A program made the position numbers and the translations under genes. Below are positions 35,817 through 48,130 of a stretch of 64,000 nucleotides of DNA, piece by piece (within the stretch, counting starts at the first letter, position 1; each line of letters begins with the position of its first letter). Source of the DNA: Protoeuglena noctilucae (taxonomy: Eukaryota); NCBI GenBank assembly GCA_958009085.1, contig OY253688.1:124001-188000 (forward strand). Reading direction: 5' to 3'. The notes beneath the pieces are model-generated. The model worked only from the letters and a program-made list of their open reading frames with translations, had not been told where the DNA came from and searched no databases.

Positions 35817-37344
35817 CGGGGCTACATAGCCCGGTTGCGCTATAGGGTTGTGTTATAGGGTCGCGAGGGGTCCCCCAGGACCAGCGCCCGCACGGTGCCT
35901 TGGGCTCGCAGCGCTAGTGGGTCAGGGCACTTGCTGAGTCACCAACAGCGTCCCTATCGCTGTGCTGGACTGCGCTCCACCCCACGTTGCGCCCTTGCGG
36001 TTCCACGCACCCCTCCCCACCGCTCCCTGACTCAGGATCGCTCCCCGTCCCGTCAGCTCACCCCCAGCCCCGCTGCCCTTGACAGCCCCGTGTCCAGATC
36101 CGCAGCAGACTAGATCCGGGCTTCGCTAGTGCCCAGAAGCTCCGCTTACCTCCCCTTTGCTTGCGTTTCTACGATGGGACTCGATATTTCCCACGGCCCA
36201 ATCGCAAGGCCTCAGCCCGCCCTGCCTGGCCCGGTTGCTCCGGCACCCGCTTGCCGACTTCGTTAAAGCTTCTCCGCACTTCAAGAAAGCCCGGTCCGAT
36301 CCAGGGAGGGGCAAAGGCATACCGACCAGTCTGTGCCACGCAAAACCCCGCCCCGCCGGGCGCCTCTCTCGGCCACCCGGCCAGAGCTCTACCACTGGGC
36401 CAGAGCTCTAGCCGGCGACGAGCGGAGGGGCGCCGGAGCGGGGCGGAGGGCGCAAACGAGGCGCCGCTCCCTGCCGGGGTGGGTGGGTGTTGGACGTTGG
36501 GTGAGTGGGCTCTACTGCTTAGATCAAGGGGCAAGTGGCGTGGAACTTGGGTCAGCCGGGCTGGCATCCGGGCTAAAGAAAAGACCACCCGCATCGCCAG
36601 GCTACCCGCCCGGCGACGTGCGCCGCGAAGGCGGGGCGGGCGGGCATGGGCAGCCGCACAGGCAGCCCCACGCCGCGCCCTCTACGCCCAGGCGAAGGGT
36701 CGCTGGGCCGGGGCACATGACGTGGGGTGGCCGTGGCGCCCAGGGCTCGTGCGTCACGTAGCGCGGGCGGGAGGGGTGGTGGGCCGGGCCGGGGAAAAGG
36801 GGGCGCGCTAAGGGGCGGGGAACGCGGGCCGGGCTCTGCCGGAGCGCACTCCGCGGAGGCGCGTGCGACGGCTGGGGGCAGCCTGGGAGCTCAGAGGGGA
36901 GGGGAAGGAAAGGGAGGGACGCTAAGGGGGCCGGGCGGCCCGGCGTCGAGGGGAGGGGGGAGGGGTGCTGTGCCCAAAGGGGGAGAAAGGGTCTGTGGTC
37001 GGCACGCGGCGGGAGCTCGTGGCGGGAGGGCGGGTCGGCTAGAGGGCTGCCGAGCTGTGCCGAGGCGGGCGAGGTGGGGCCTGATACGCTGGCCGCGGCC
37101 CTGCAGTGGGTCACGTGGGTCCACACGAAGCACGCGGACCGCTTAGACCAGCCACCCGGGGCAGGCGTGGCGTCCCGTGACCCCAGACCTGGGGTCTGCA
37201 GGCCGGCCACCGCGACAGCCACCGCCTTCGGTAGTGAACCGGGGGCGAGAGGGGCGCTCTCGGTCACACCCCTGCGTCACCGCGGCAGCGAGCCTGGGGC
37301 GAGTCACCGATGGAGTCACCGATGGTGTCCTCGCGTCCCCTCCG

Positions 37345-40300
37345 TCACCGCGGCTCAATCGCCTCCTCGACGGCGCCGAGGGCGTGGAAGAGGCCGTGGA
37401 CTCGCTCGTGGTTGGAGAGGCGCGAGAGGCGGAGGTAGCGGTCGGAGGGCTGCCGGGACGCCGCACCCCGAGGGCCATTGGCAGCCGGGCTCGGAGCGGC
37501 GTTGACGGCCAGGCGGATGGGGCCCTGGGGCGCCACGATGAGCGCGGGGCGCTGCACGGGCGGCGACATGGCCAGGTGGCCCCCCGACAGGCCCTTGTGG
37601 GGGCTCGGTAAGCCGCCGAGGCCCGGGAAGCCGCCCAGGGGTGGCAGGGGCAGGGAGGGCACCCCATCTCCGTTGTGTAAACTCCCGTTGGAGCTGTGCC
37701 GCGCGTGCATGGACAGCGCCACGTGGGGCAGCGAGGGCGGGCGCGCGAGGGCCGCCTGCAACGGGCCCTGCTGGTCCGGGGCCGACGAGCTGGACCCCGT
37801 AGGGTCGTGCTCCTCCGTCCGCGCGCACTCGTCCGGGGGACTGCGGGGAGCAGAGCGACGTGCGTTAGAGTCCATGTCTTACTCCATGACCAATGAGCCA
37901 ATGAAACCCAACATGACACTTTTGCACTGAGCACAGCACCAGACACCCCCGCCCACTGCCGCGCTGCCTCGCCGCCCCGCACCTGTCCCCCGAGTTGGAC
38001 CCGTGGGCGTACCGCGACCAGTCGAAGATCTGCAGGTCTGCCGTGGACTCTGCCCGGGACAGGTCCACGTCCGCCAGCCCCAGCCGCGACCGCCCCCCGT
38101 GGTGGCCGTTGCCCCCCGCGCCGCTGGGCCTCCGCCGGTGCGCCGGGCCGCGGTCGCAGAAGGTGAAGGCGAAGCTGGCGCCGTGGACGGTGCTCTCCGC
38201 GAAGGCCCCTCGGTCGGGTGACCCCGAGGTGCCGTTGCCCAGCGCTGTGTCAGAAACCCCAGACGAGGCTTTGGAGCGGGGCAGGGAGGCCAGGGAGGAG
38301 CCGGCGGGGAGCATGGAGCCCCCGATGGAGCGGCACACGTCCTCGACCATCTGCAGGGACCAGCCGACGAGAGGGCGGGGGTCGGATGGGGTGGGATGCG
38401 TGTGGGGCATGGGCGCTTGGGTAACGTCATAGAGTTCATTCCACTCTCAATAAATCCTCGCCTTGCGCGTGGGGAACCCGCCGTCGGCCTTCATGACGTA
38501 GAGAGCGTGGGTGTTGTGCGCCCGCCCGTCCTCCACAACCCGCGCCCGCGTGATGTTGAGCCCGGCGCGCCCCAGCCGCATGAGGAGGTCGCCCAGGACG
38601 CCGTGCATGTCCCCGAGCTGCAAGTGGATCTTGAGGCCCTTGGGGAAGCGCCGCTCGATGCTGGCCTTGAGGGCGTGCTTGAGCTGGCGCGCGACCGCCT
38701 CGTCGAAGGCCGGCTCGCCCTCCCGCGGGCGGATGAAGAACTCCAGGAGCGCCACGTTGTCCAGAATATCCACCGTGGCGTGGAAGATGTCGTAGTCCAT
38801 GTCAGCCAGGGTGCACGTGGCGTCGAAGAGCAGCTTGGGGCGGTCGGCGCACTGGATGAGCACCTCCCAGTACCCCGACGACCCCTCCATGATCGTGACC
38901 TCCGGCTCGATGTCCGTCGGCACGCACTCCTCCTCCTCCTCGGCCCCCTCCGCCTCCAGGGAGGGCTGGCTGGCCAGCGCCGAGTCGCCGTCGGGGCCCA
39001 GGCGCGCGAACTCCTGCTGGCTCTCTTGGAGCATCAGGCGGTGCAGGCGGCGCTCGTGGTTGACCGACCCGACCACCTCGACCCATCGGACTGCGGGCGG
39101 GGGCAGGGGGGCGCGAGATGCAGCGCGTGGGGGGCATGCAAGGGGCGCAGGGGCGTTGCGAGGAGCTGGGAGGCGATGGGCGCGGGAGCCTCCAGCGGGC
39201 GCACGACAGCGCGGGCGGCGTCGCATCTCACCCGTGGGGGGCGCGCACCCGTTCCCCAGCCCGTGCCCGGCCATGATTTCGTGCAGCTGCGTGACGAGGT
39301 ACTCCTGGCGGTGGGCGTCCTGCACGGCGCGGCCCTTCTCCGTGACGACGACGGTGAAGGCGCAGCGGCGCTTGAACGTCCACGAGGACACGGAGCGGAC
39401 CTCGCAGCCGTTGGTCGTGAGGACGTCGACCAGGGCCCCAAACAAGCCCGGACGGTCAGGGCCCGAGAGCTCCACGACCGTCACGGGCAGCGCCTCGCCC
39501 TCGCCGGCGCCGCACGCGCGCACGTTGAGCATGCGCGAGATGGAGTCGAGTTTGAGCATGTCTGCGGGCGAGGCGGGGATTTTAGGGTCGAGTGCGCGCG
39601 CACCGCATCTCGCCGCGTCGACCGCGGCTCGCCCGGCCAGCGGACGCACCCGTGACCTTGCTGCCGTCGTTATTCGTCAGTCGGAACTCGTCCACGAACC
39701 ACCCGCCGTCCGAGGAGACGCGGGCGCTCCTCACATTGAGGCCAAGCATGGTGAAGTGCTGCGCGAAGCGAGGCCACCGCTCCCTCGTCGTGCCAGCGCA
39801 GCGACGTGCGGCACGAAATATCGGAGGCAGCAGCGGCCACGCGGGCGGCCAGCCGCGACGGCGGGCAGCGCACCTGTACCAGCTCGATGAGCGTCCCGGG
39901 CCGGTTTGCCGAGTCCACCGTGACGATCGTGGCCTCCGGGTCCCCCTCCGTGTCAATCTGAACATTCGGAGGGGTCACACGCAGCTCCTGCGCGCGAGGG
40001 AGGAACGGGGAGCGGTCAGCTCCGCGCGCCGCGTCGCGGGAGGGTCCATGCACCCCCCCGCTGCGCCCGCGCCGTCCCTGCGGCCCGCAGCAGGGGCTTC
40101 GAAATGCAAAGCGCGACGCGGGATGCGATCGACCCGCACGCGACACCCGGGGGGGCCCCGCGGGGGCCCGAACCCTCTGCAGCACCAGCCCATCGGTCGC
40201 GCCGTCTCGAGCCCCCCCGCCCGCGACCGCTCGTCACTCCATCGGCTAAAACACATCATAAGCGGACAGAAGGCGGCACGAACGCGGGGCACGGCAGCGC

Positions 40301-40779
40301 GCGCGGCGGCGAAACGGGCTGCAACCGAAGGGGGTCCGGCGCGCCCGCCCGCTGCGCTTGGTGCAGCGTCCGGGGGAGGGCTCGGACCACAGAATGCGCG
40401 AGCAAGCGCGGCTCCGTTCGACGCGGGGGTCCGCGACGGGAAAGGCCGGCCTGGAGTGGCCGAGCGACCCCCTGATATGGGCGGGTCGAGGGGCCCCCCG
40501 GAGCACTATATTGGGCGATAAGCAGGCGCGTGTGGTAGAAAATCGTCATTTACAGGACTGGGGAGGCGCCCCGGCCCCAGCGCGCGCCCGGAAAGGCGGA
40601 AACAAGGCGGGACCAACGTTTGGCATTTGACTCACGAGCGTCTCGTACTCCAGGAGCGTCCCCTCTTGATTCACGGATGCGAGCGATCCCGATCCCTCGT
40701 TCCGCCGGTAGTCCTCGAAGTGCTGGAGGCTGGAGGCCTTGGGGAGCCCCCCCTTGCGAATGGACAGGAGCACGTCCAT
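37345..40779 (-). CDS. ACR: ACT-domain repeat protein (plant ACR family) with C-terminal extension
   Basis: EYETL|ELRVTPPNVQID, VDSANRPGTLIELVQ, ARVSSDGGWFVDEF, VELSGPDRPGL, NHERRLHRLM, CADRPKLLFDATCTLADMDYDIFHA and ASIERRFPKGL. Confidence 0.93.
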
Positions 40780-41163
40780 CCTGAGAGGGTCACGGGCTCT
40801 TGCGACATCCAAGTCGACCCATGAACCCAGAGCACATGCGCTCTGCACCGGTCCCACCAAGCGCGTCGGAATGAGCACGACGCGACTGGCTGGACGCAAA
40901 TCGGAAACCCGTCAAAAGACTCGAGCGCTGGCGAGGGGGCAGGGGGGGCCGCGACGTGAAGTGCTACCGTCGGGACACCCTTTTCTGACGGAGCGAGAAG
41001 GCTCTCTGGCCACTCGAGCCCGCGCCGGCCGAGCATGTCGAACGACGCACCCAATCCGAAGCACATCGCCGCGCCCGCCCGCTCGCACCGGCCCCGCTTC
41101 GCGCCCGCACTCCCTCCCACGCACGCGTGACCTGCGGACGCGAGCTTGCGCGAGCTCGCGCGG

Positions 41164-42322
41164 ATGCAGGCGCTGGGGCTGCGGCCTCAGGCGGCCGGTT
41201 GCCTGTTCCGGCATGCCCTGCGGTCGGCGCCCCGCCGCGCGGGCGCGGCGCGAGCGATGGGGGCGGTAGAAGAGCTTGTGGCCAGCGGCCGCGGGAAGCG
41301 CGACGTGCAGTTGGTGGAGGGGGACCGCCTGCATTCGACGACCGAGGACCGCGTCGTCGTCTGGGGCGGGACGCTGGCGATGGCGGGGACGGTGTTGGGC
41401 GGCGCCCTGCAGTGCGCCACGGCGCTGGACTGCTGTGCTGCAGCAGCAGCATTGGGCGCGGCGTACGTGTTGGCAGGTAAGGCGCGCTCGGGAAGTAATC
41501 GCCGAGCGGGCCGCGCTCCGCACCGACGCGCCCGACCAGGACACATGCTGTTGCCTGCGCCCGCAGACCTGGGGACGGGGATCTACCACTTCGGTGTGGA
41601 CAACTACGGGGACGCGAACACGCCCGTGTTCGGCCGGCAAATCGAGGCGTTCCAGGGCCATCACCGGAGACCGTGGACCATCACGGAGCGCGAGTTCGAG
41701 AACAATGTGATGCTGGTGCGGGACCCCGCTTGTCGCCCCGCGACATGACATCGACTGCAAGAGTGGGGGTGCGGGTCCAGAACGACCTCCTCCGTATCCC
41801 TCGCATGCAGGTCTTCAAGCCGATGCTCCCGTTCGCGGCGGTGTTCCTGCTTGGCACCCCCTTCCTGCCACCGTTCGTGTCTGTCTGGGCAGGGTCCTTT
41901 ATGTGGCTCATATGCATGAGCCAGCAGTTCCACGCGTGGGCGCACATGCGCAAGTCGGAACTGAACCCGGCCATCGTGTGGCTGCAAGACCACGGCGTGC
42001 TCGTCTCACGCAAGGCGCACGGGGCGCACCACAAGGCGCCGTTTGATGGGAACTACTGCATCGTCTCCGGCTTCTGGAACCCGATCCTCGACAAGGACGG
42101 AGCTGACGACAGCTTCTTCCGCACCCTCGAACGTTTCATCTACAAGGTGTGATGTTGTGTGGCCCATGCTTGACCACGCCCACGGTGCACAGGGTGCAGT
42201 GCAGGCTGACCAGACACCCTGGCGCTGGCTCTCGCTCGCAGACGACGGGCCAGAAGCCAAGATGCTGGGACCTTCCCACGGATTGGCACGAGGAGCCATA
42301 CTTCAAGCCGGAGAGTCAATGA
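41164..42322 (+). CDS. FAD4: Plastid fatty acid desaturase 4 (delta-3-trans; TMEM189/Kua domain)
   Basis: ADLGTGIYHFGVDNYGD, FQGHHRRPWTIT, SQQFHAWAH and HGAHHKAPFDGNYCIVSG His boxes; transit-peptide-like N-terminus. Confidence 0.93.
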
Positions 42323-42473
42323 CAGGAGTAGTTGTCAGCGGGGGCACGCACAGCCCACCCCTGCGCTCGCCCGCCCATAGCAGGTGCCCGCTCGTGAGAT
42401 TAGCGCGGGCACTTGGTAACCCAACACATGCAAACACTTCTTACCCTTGGCCATGCTTGGACCTTAAACTTGC

Positions 42474-43492
42474 TCATGAGCTGGCCTGCTTCCTCCGCGA
42501 AATGTTCACTGCGGAGGATGCCGGGGCGGTGTTCGCGACACGCTCCGCACCGCGCACCGCGCGAAACCCCTGCAATGGCTCACGCCACGCTCTGTGACAG
42601 CAGATGGCCTCACCTGTCTCCCGCTTGAGCACGGTCAGGAGAGTCTGCGAGCTTTCCAAGATCTTCATGTACGCCGACTCCGTCTCCTGCGGTGAGCGGA
42701 AGCCGCGGGCGGTGCCGCTGCCGCATGGGCATATGGAATGCTGGGCGCCTGCCGCAGACAAGGGCACCCAGGGTGTGCGCACCTGGATAACCTTGTCGTA
42801 CTCGTTCCTCGACGCAATCTTTCGTGCAAGGGACTCGTTCAGCTGCGCCAGCCTCCTCGACAGCACCTGGATGTCGTTCTGAATCTTGGCCTTCTCCTGT
42901 AGGCACGAGGCACAACCGCTGTGAGCTCTCCGCAGGTCTTCCACGCGCCTGGATGACAACGGACACTGCATCTCGCCATTCCATACGCAAACTTCTGGCA
43001 ACGCGCGGCTGAGCGGCAGGAAACAAGCCGCACGCTTTGAACCCTGTTTGCGGCCCGCTCTGGCCCGGCTGCGGCCAAGGCAGCGGCCGACACAGGCAAG
43101 AGCGGAGCGAGACCAGGTCCCGGAGCTGCTGGGAGACGCCAGAGGCCGCAGGAGGAAGCAGGAAGGCGGGGCGGGGAGGCATGCCGGGTGACACTGGGCC
43201 AGCCACATGCGACCAACGCCGCGCGGTCTGGTGCTCGCCGATGCGGTCTCCGCACGCAAACAATGCCGCAGAGGCCATTTCGACGCAAAGAGGGCCACTC
43301 GCGCTGTCCTGCCGACCCATACGGCTCCCCAACCTCGTCCAGGAGCCGCGACGGCGCCCACCGCCGGGAGGCTCTCACCTGCTCATCCTCCCGAATTTGG
43401 CGGTCGATCTCCAGCCGCTTCTCTCGCAGGTCCTCGATGCACCTCACGAGCTCATTGTTGTGGTTCTGGAGAGCCGCGCCCTGGGCCGCCAT
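42474..43492 (-). CDS. SSNA1: DIP13/SSNA1 (NA14) microtubule and basal-body coiled-coil protein, 4 exons
   Basis: [26 protein letters not shown]...[30 protein letters not shown]. Confidence 0.95.
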
Positions 43493-43770
43493 GGCTCTCC
43501 AACCCCCCTCGACCCTTCAACAAGCTAGGAAACGACGTACCGTCACGCCGACCTACCACCACCCCTTGCAAGCCGGTGCAGAGCTCAATGGACTTGCTCA
43601 AGCAATTTGGGAAGGGAGCTAGCGGACAGCGTGCGACGGGAATACAAAGCATCTGCAGAGCCTGAGCGGATCGGCAGTCCTCCCGAGCCATTGAGCCCCT
43701 CTCTGGCGGCGAGGCTGGCATGCGCCGCGGCTTCGCTCTCATTTCAGGCCCTCCGAGTCCTCCCGGCCCT

Positions 43771-45247
43771 TCAGTCCAGATGCGGCTCTTGCGCCCCATT
43801 CCCATCTGCGCGCATGACGTCATCTGCTCACTCCGCTGGCTTGAGCGCGGGCCAGCAGCAGACCGATGCTGCGCTCTCCGCCTCACCCCCTGCTTCTGGT
43901 CCCTGGCGCCTGTCCTCGATCTGGCGGAGGTGCTCCCGTGCGGCCTCCATCGCCAGCTCCTGCCGCTGTTGCATGCGCTCCCGCCGCCGCCGGGCCCTGT
44001 GGGTCACACCAGGTACCAGCTCTCGTCACGTGCCGCTCCGCAGCTGCTAGACCTGCTAGCTCATATCCGCCATCGAGCACCCAACCTGGGGCTGAAGTGC
44101 GTCATCCAGAGCTGCCGGCCGACCCAGGCGCCGACGGAAATCACGACAGACGCGATGAGCATGATCACGGCGATGAAGGGGGCGGTGTCCACGAAGTTGG
44201 TGGGTCGGTACGGCGAGAAGGTCTCGGGCGTGTAGTCCGTCAGCCACTGGTTGAGGTCCGCGCGCAGCCAGAGGGACTGGGGGCTGGTGGTGTTGGTGGC
44301 GATGGCGCACGGCGTGACTTGGCTGGCGCTCGCCAGCAGCGTCCCGGCCAGCGGCGCCTCGGCCGGCCATAACGAAAGGTCCCACACCGAGGAAGCGCCC
44401 GAGGCTGGCGCCCACGACGCCAGCTCAAGCACCCTGTGCACACGAGGGCAGCTCGAAGTGCTGGGCCATGTCATGTCTGCCGACGAGAGTCCGACGCACA
44501 CGTCGGCGCTGGTGCAGCGTACTCACGCTGGCGAGCTTCCAGAGCACGACTGCGCCAGTGGGTCCGTGCTTGCATGGGAGGTGGGCGCCACGGCAAAGGC
44601 CATGACGGACGTGCCGGGCGTGGCCCAGGGCTGCGCGCACAATCACGTGGTCCATTTCCCACGGAGCCAGTCCACCGAGCTACCATGCCATGCAGCCTGG
44701 CTCCCAGCCTCACCCGGCAGTCGTCCTCGTGCCCAAGGCCCGTGATGAAGACCGTGGGGTTGCTGGAGAGGTTCGGCGCAGCGCAGGGGGTGTACGTGGG
44801 CGCGGAGGCATTGTAGCTCTGCAGCACGATGAGCGACGCCTGCACGGCTAAAGAGTACTCCACCCCGGGCACCGGCGCCGTGCCGGGCGGGTCGTAGGTG
44901 TACTTGACGCTGCCCCCGGTGCACTGCATGCTCGAGTTCCGCACCAAGCCGAGGCTCGTCCCGAACACGAGGAAGTCCGCGCCTGGGAGGAGTGGGCAGG
45001 CCAGCGTCGCACCCTAACAGGACCACGTCTGCTCCCGGGCTCCAACTCCGCGCAAAGCGCTCCCTCGGCCCTCACCGGAAGCTATACTTTTCACGTTTGT
45101 CTGGTCAACCGAGCCGTGGTCGCAGCTCGCCGCGGCGGAGGCCGAGAGCGCGGCCACGGTTGCCACCAGGACGGGAAACCACCTCCATCCCCCGCGAGGA
45201 GCCTCTTTCCCCGGACCAGGGCGGCGCCCTGTCCACGCGTGAACCAT
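43771..45247 (-). CDS. Uncharacterised type I membrane protein (signal peptide, Cys-containing ectodomain, one TM helix, charged tail), 6 exons
   Basis: Phase-compatible exons: signal-like WFPVLVATVAALSASAAAS, N-glycosylation sequons (NSS, NAS, NLS, NTT), TM APFIAVIMLIASVVISVGAWVG and tail RARRRRERMQQRQELAME. TGA at 43771. Confidence 0.7.
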
Positions 45248-45831
45248 GAGAGCGGTGTGCGCCAGCTGCGCCGGGTCCCCCGGCTCTGGGCGTGGCGGGT
45301 GCCAGGCTACGTCTAAGGGGCCAGGAAAATGATACAGAGACACGGGAATCACGGCGTAGAGAGCGCGCCTCTCGATGCTACATGCGATCCGAGATAACAC
45401 TGGCAAATCTCGATGGGACGCTCGCGTGAGGTGGGGTTGTAGAGGGAGGGTCAAGTGTCACCCTGTCCACAGAGGGCTGGACGCGGGTCAAGAAGACATT
45501 CTACACAGAGACACTTTAGTTATGGAAGGTCACATGGCACGCCGCTGTGTATAGACACGGACAGAGGAACGCTGTCTCGCGGTGTCGGCGTAGGTTGGCC
45601 CGTGCGCACGTTCACAGAGCCTGTCAAAGAGGCCTTTTTTGGGCCTGCCATTTGTTGGCCAGCCAGCATCGTCCCGTGGGCGTCGACGTGTGCTTACAAG
45701 CAAGGTCTCGCCTCGCGCAGCAGCTCTCTGCGTCCGTGACTGTCTGCGCGCTTCCCACCTGGCCTGGTCGCAGCTTGCGGCCAGGTCGCGTGTGGCACCC
45801 TTCATGACGTGTTAGCAGGAGTGCGTTGACG

Positions 45832-47896
45832 ATGCCGGCCACGCGCAGGCCAGCCAGGGCCATTTCGGCCAAGGTGAGCGAGATTGCTCGGCGCGGCGAG
45901 CGCCCCCGACGAGGCTAATCTGAATTTAGCCGACTCTCCCATCGCACGTGTATCTGCCTACGATGTCACGGGGATCGCGCGACGATGGGCACGACGCTTT
46001 TGGCCAGACATGTCACGCTGGAATGCTCGTGAACCGTCGGTGTGATTGGGCCTGCGCCGCTGGGGCCGCTGGCGACGGTCCTTCCATTTGAGCGTGCGCA
46101 GGCTATGGAGGCGCTTGGGGAGGACGAGCTGTCGGCTCTCAACGATGTCAAGAAGGAGTTCTGCCTCATGGCCCGGTCGTTCGCGCTGGACGCCCGGCGC
46201 TCCCTGCAGAAGATCCTGAAGGCCTTCAAGAAGTACGATCGCTCGGGGGACGGGAAGATTAGCACGGATGAGCTGCAGCCCATGATGACGGAGCTCTTCG
46301 GGTGGGACGGGGAGTCCGAGGCACGCAGGCAGAAGGTGCGACATCTATCTGCTCTGCATCACCCGGAGATGCACGCTGTGGCCCGATGCGCGAGCGTCCC
46401 CCATCCATCCTGGCCGTTGCATGCAGAAGGTCTTGGCCATGCGCAAGTTCATTGAGAAGAACGACCTTGACAAGGACGGGGCGATCGACTTTATCGAATT
46501 CGTCGGCCTCTTGCTCCTCCTCGACGACAAGAGCTGGGAAACGGAGCTGCGGGACCGCTTCTCGGCGCTGGTGAGTGGCCGGGCGATGGCCGTCCCACAT
46601 CTGGCATAGGTGACGGCCCACGCATGCAAGGGCGCCCCTGTCGTCGTGGCTCTCGCAGGACATGGACCGCGACGGGTGCATCAGCTACGCCGAGCTGCTC
46701 AACTCGCTGTCGCCGCAAGTGGGGCGGGAGGCGGCGCGGGCGTACCTGGCCGAGTTCGACAAGGACGGGGACGGCAAGATCTCGTTTCAGGAGTTCGTCA
46801 TGCGGGTGCTCGAAGTGGGGCTAGTCATGCCCGAGGGGGGCAAGCAGGACGACGACCCTTTGCTCAAGGCGAGGGATGCGCTGCCTGGCGTGTCACGTCA
46901 TTCATTGCGCAGTCCTTTGCATGGGGTGCAATCAGGCGCCAAGTGCATGCTCAGCACCGCAGCTGCACTTTGCTATGCCGTGCAGCAGGTCGCCGGATGC
47001 ACAACACCGTGGCTGTGCTGTGATATGCGTTGCATCTTGTCTGCATTGCCTCCTGCAGTACCGCGAGGTCTTCTCGAGCTACTCGGACGGCAACAGCTAC
47101 ATCAGCATCAAGGAGATGGGGAGCCTGGCGCGGTACCTAAAGCTGAACCCCACGGACGCGCAGCTGCGGAAGCTGCGGAAGGAATACGACGTAGACGGGG
47201 ACGGCACAATCAACTTCCGGGAGTTCGTCATCCTGATGCTGGAGCTCGAGTCCCTGCGAGGGTCAGACGACCCAGAATTCCAGGCGAGGCGGGGCCAGGC
47301 GCCAGCGGACCGTTCCGTGCTGGGCATCCCTGCTGGGCCTTGACAGAGGCAAGGCGGGCGCCGCACAGGTGCCTCTGCTGGTCTGTGACATGCTCTGAGT
47401 GTGGCCGTGGTGCTACCAGTGGGGTGATGCATGGTGCGCTGGTCGCTGTCGCAGACCCTGTGGAACGCTCTCATGGTGTTTGACAAGGACAAAAACGGCT
47501 ACATCGACGGCATGGAGCTCATCTCAGTGCTGCAGGAGGTGAGAGATGCCCATGCCTCATCGTCCCTCACTGGCAGCTGACGCCTGGTTGCTAACGCCTG
47601 CTGAGACCTGCTACGGACCATCAACACGCATGCATGCACTGCCCCGTGATGCTCTCGGCAAGCAGGTGGTGGAAGGTGGCCAGCCTTTGACGACGGAGGA
47701 GGTGCGCAAGCTCATCCGGGCGGTTGACCGCAACGGCGACGGCAAGATCAGTTGCCGGGAACTGGCCTATTTCCTCCTGGGGGGCCTGGAGGCGAACAAG
47801 AGCCCCGTCGAGATGGCGGTGGGGAACTCGGCTGCTGAGAAGGCCTTCCCCGTCCGCGTCTCCGGGCCAAGCAAGAAGAGCCTGATGCACGACTAA
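45832..47896 (+). CDS. Calmodulin-like protein with eight EF-hand positions (tandem double-calmodulin)
   Basis: EF loops DRSGDGKISTDE, DLDKDGAIDFIE, DMDRDGCISYAE, DKDGDGKISFQE, degenerate YSDGNSYISIKE, DVDGDGTINFRE, DKDKNGYIDGME and DRNGDGKISCRE. The first exon (45832) is inferred; ATG 46104 is an alternative. Confidence 0.9.
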
Positions 47897-48130
47897 CTGT
47901 CTATCATTCAGTCGTAGGAGACTAGGAGCGATCATGCGCAGGATGCCGGTGCCTGAGCACAGAGGACAGCACAGCATCGAGAGCCAGAGGTGCTTCGGAC
48001 ATGGTTGAACGGTGATGAGCGTCTCAAGCTGCGCACAAAGGCGGATGCCACCCTACCCGGAACTCATTCCGCATTGCCTAGGGTTAGGGTGTGACCAAGC
48101 CCATTCCCCACGCACCCTCTCCAGTGCCCA

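Noticed and set aside
30120..37330. Short direct repeats (30120-30165, 36381-36412, 37301-37327) as a CRISPR-like array
   Set aside because: Only 2-3 adjacent copies, no unique spacers, no cas genes, and a eukaryotic context.
35817..37344. Several 140-220 aa ORFs and G-tracts between the kinase and ACR genes
   Set aside because: Low-complexity Arg/Gly/Pro translations with no coherent splice model; probably convergent 3' UTRs and intergenic DNA.
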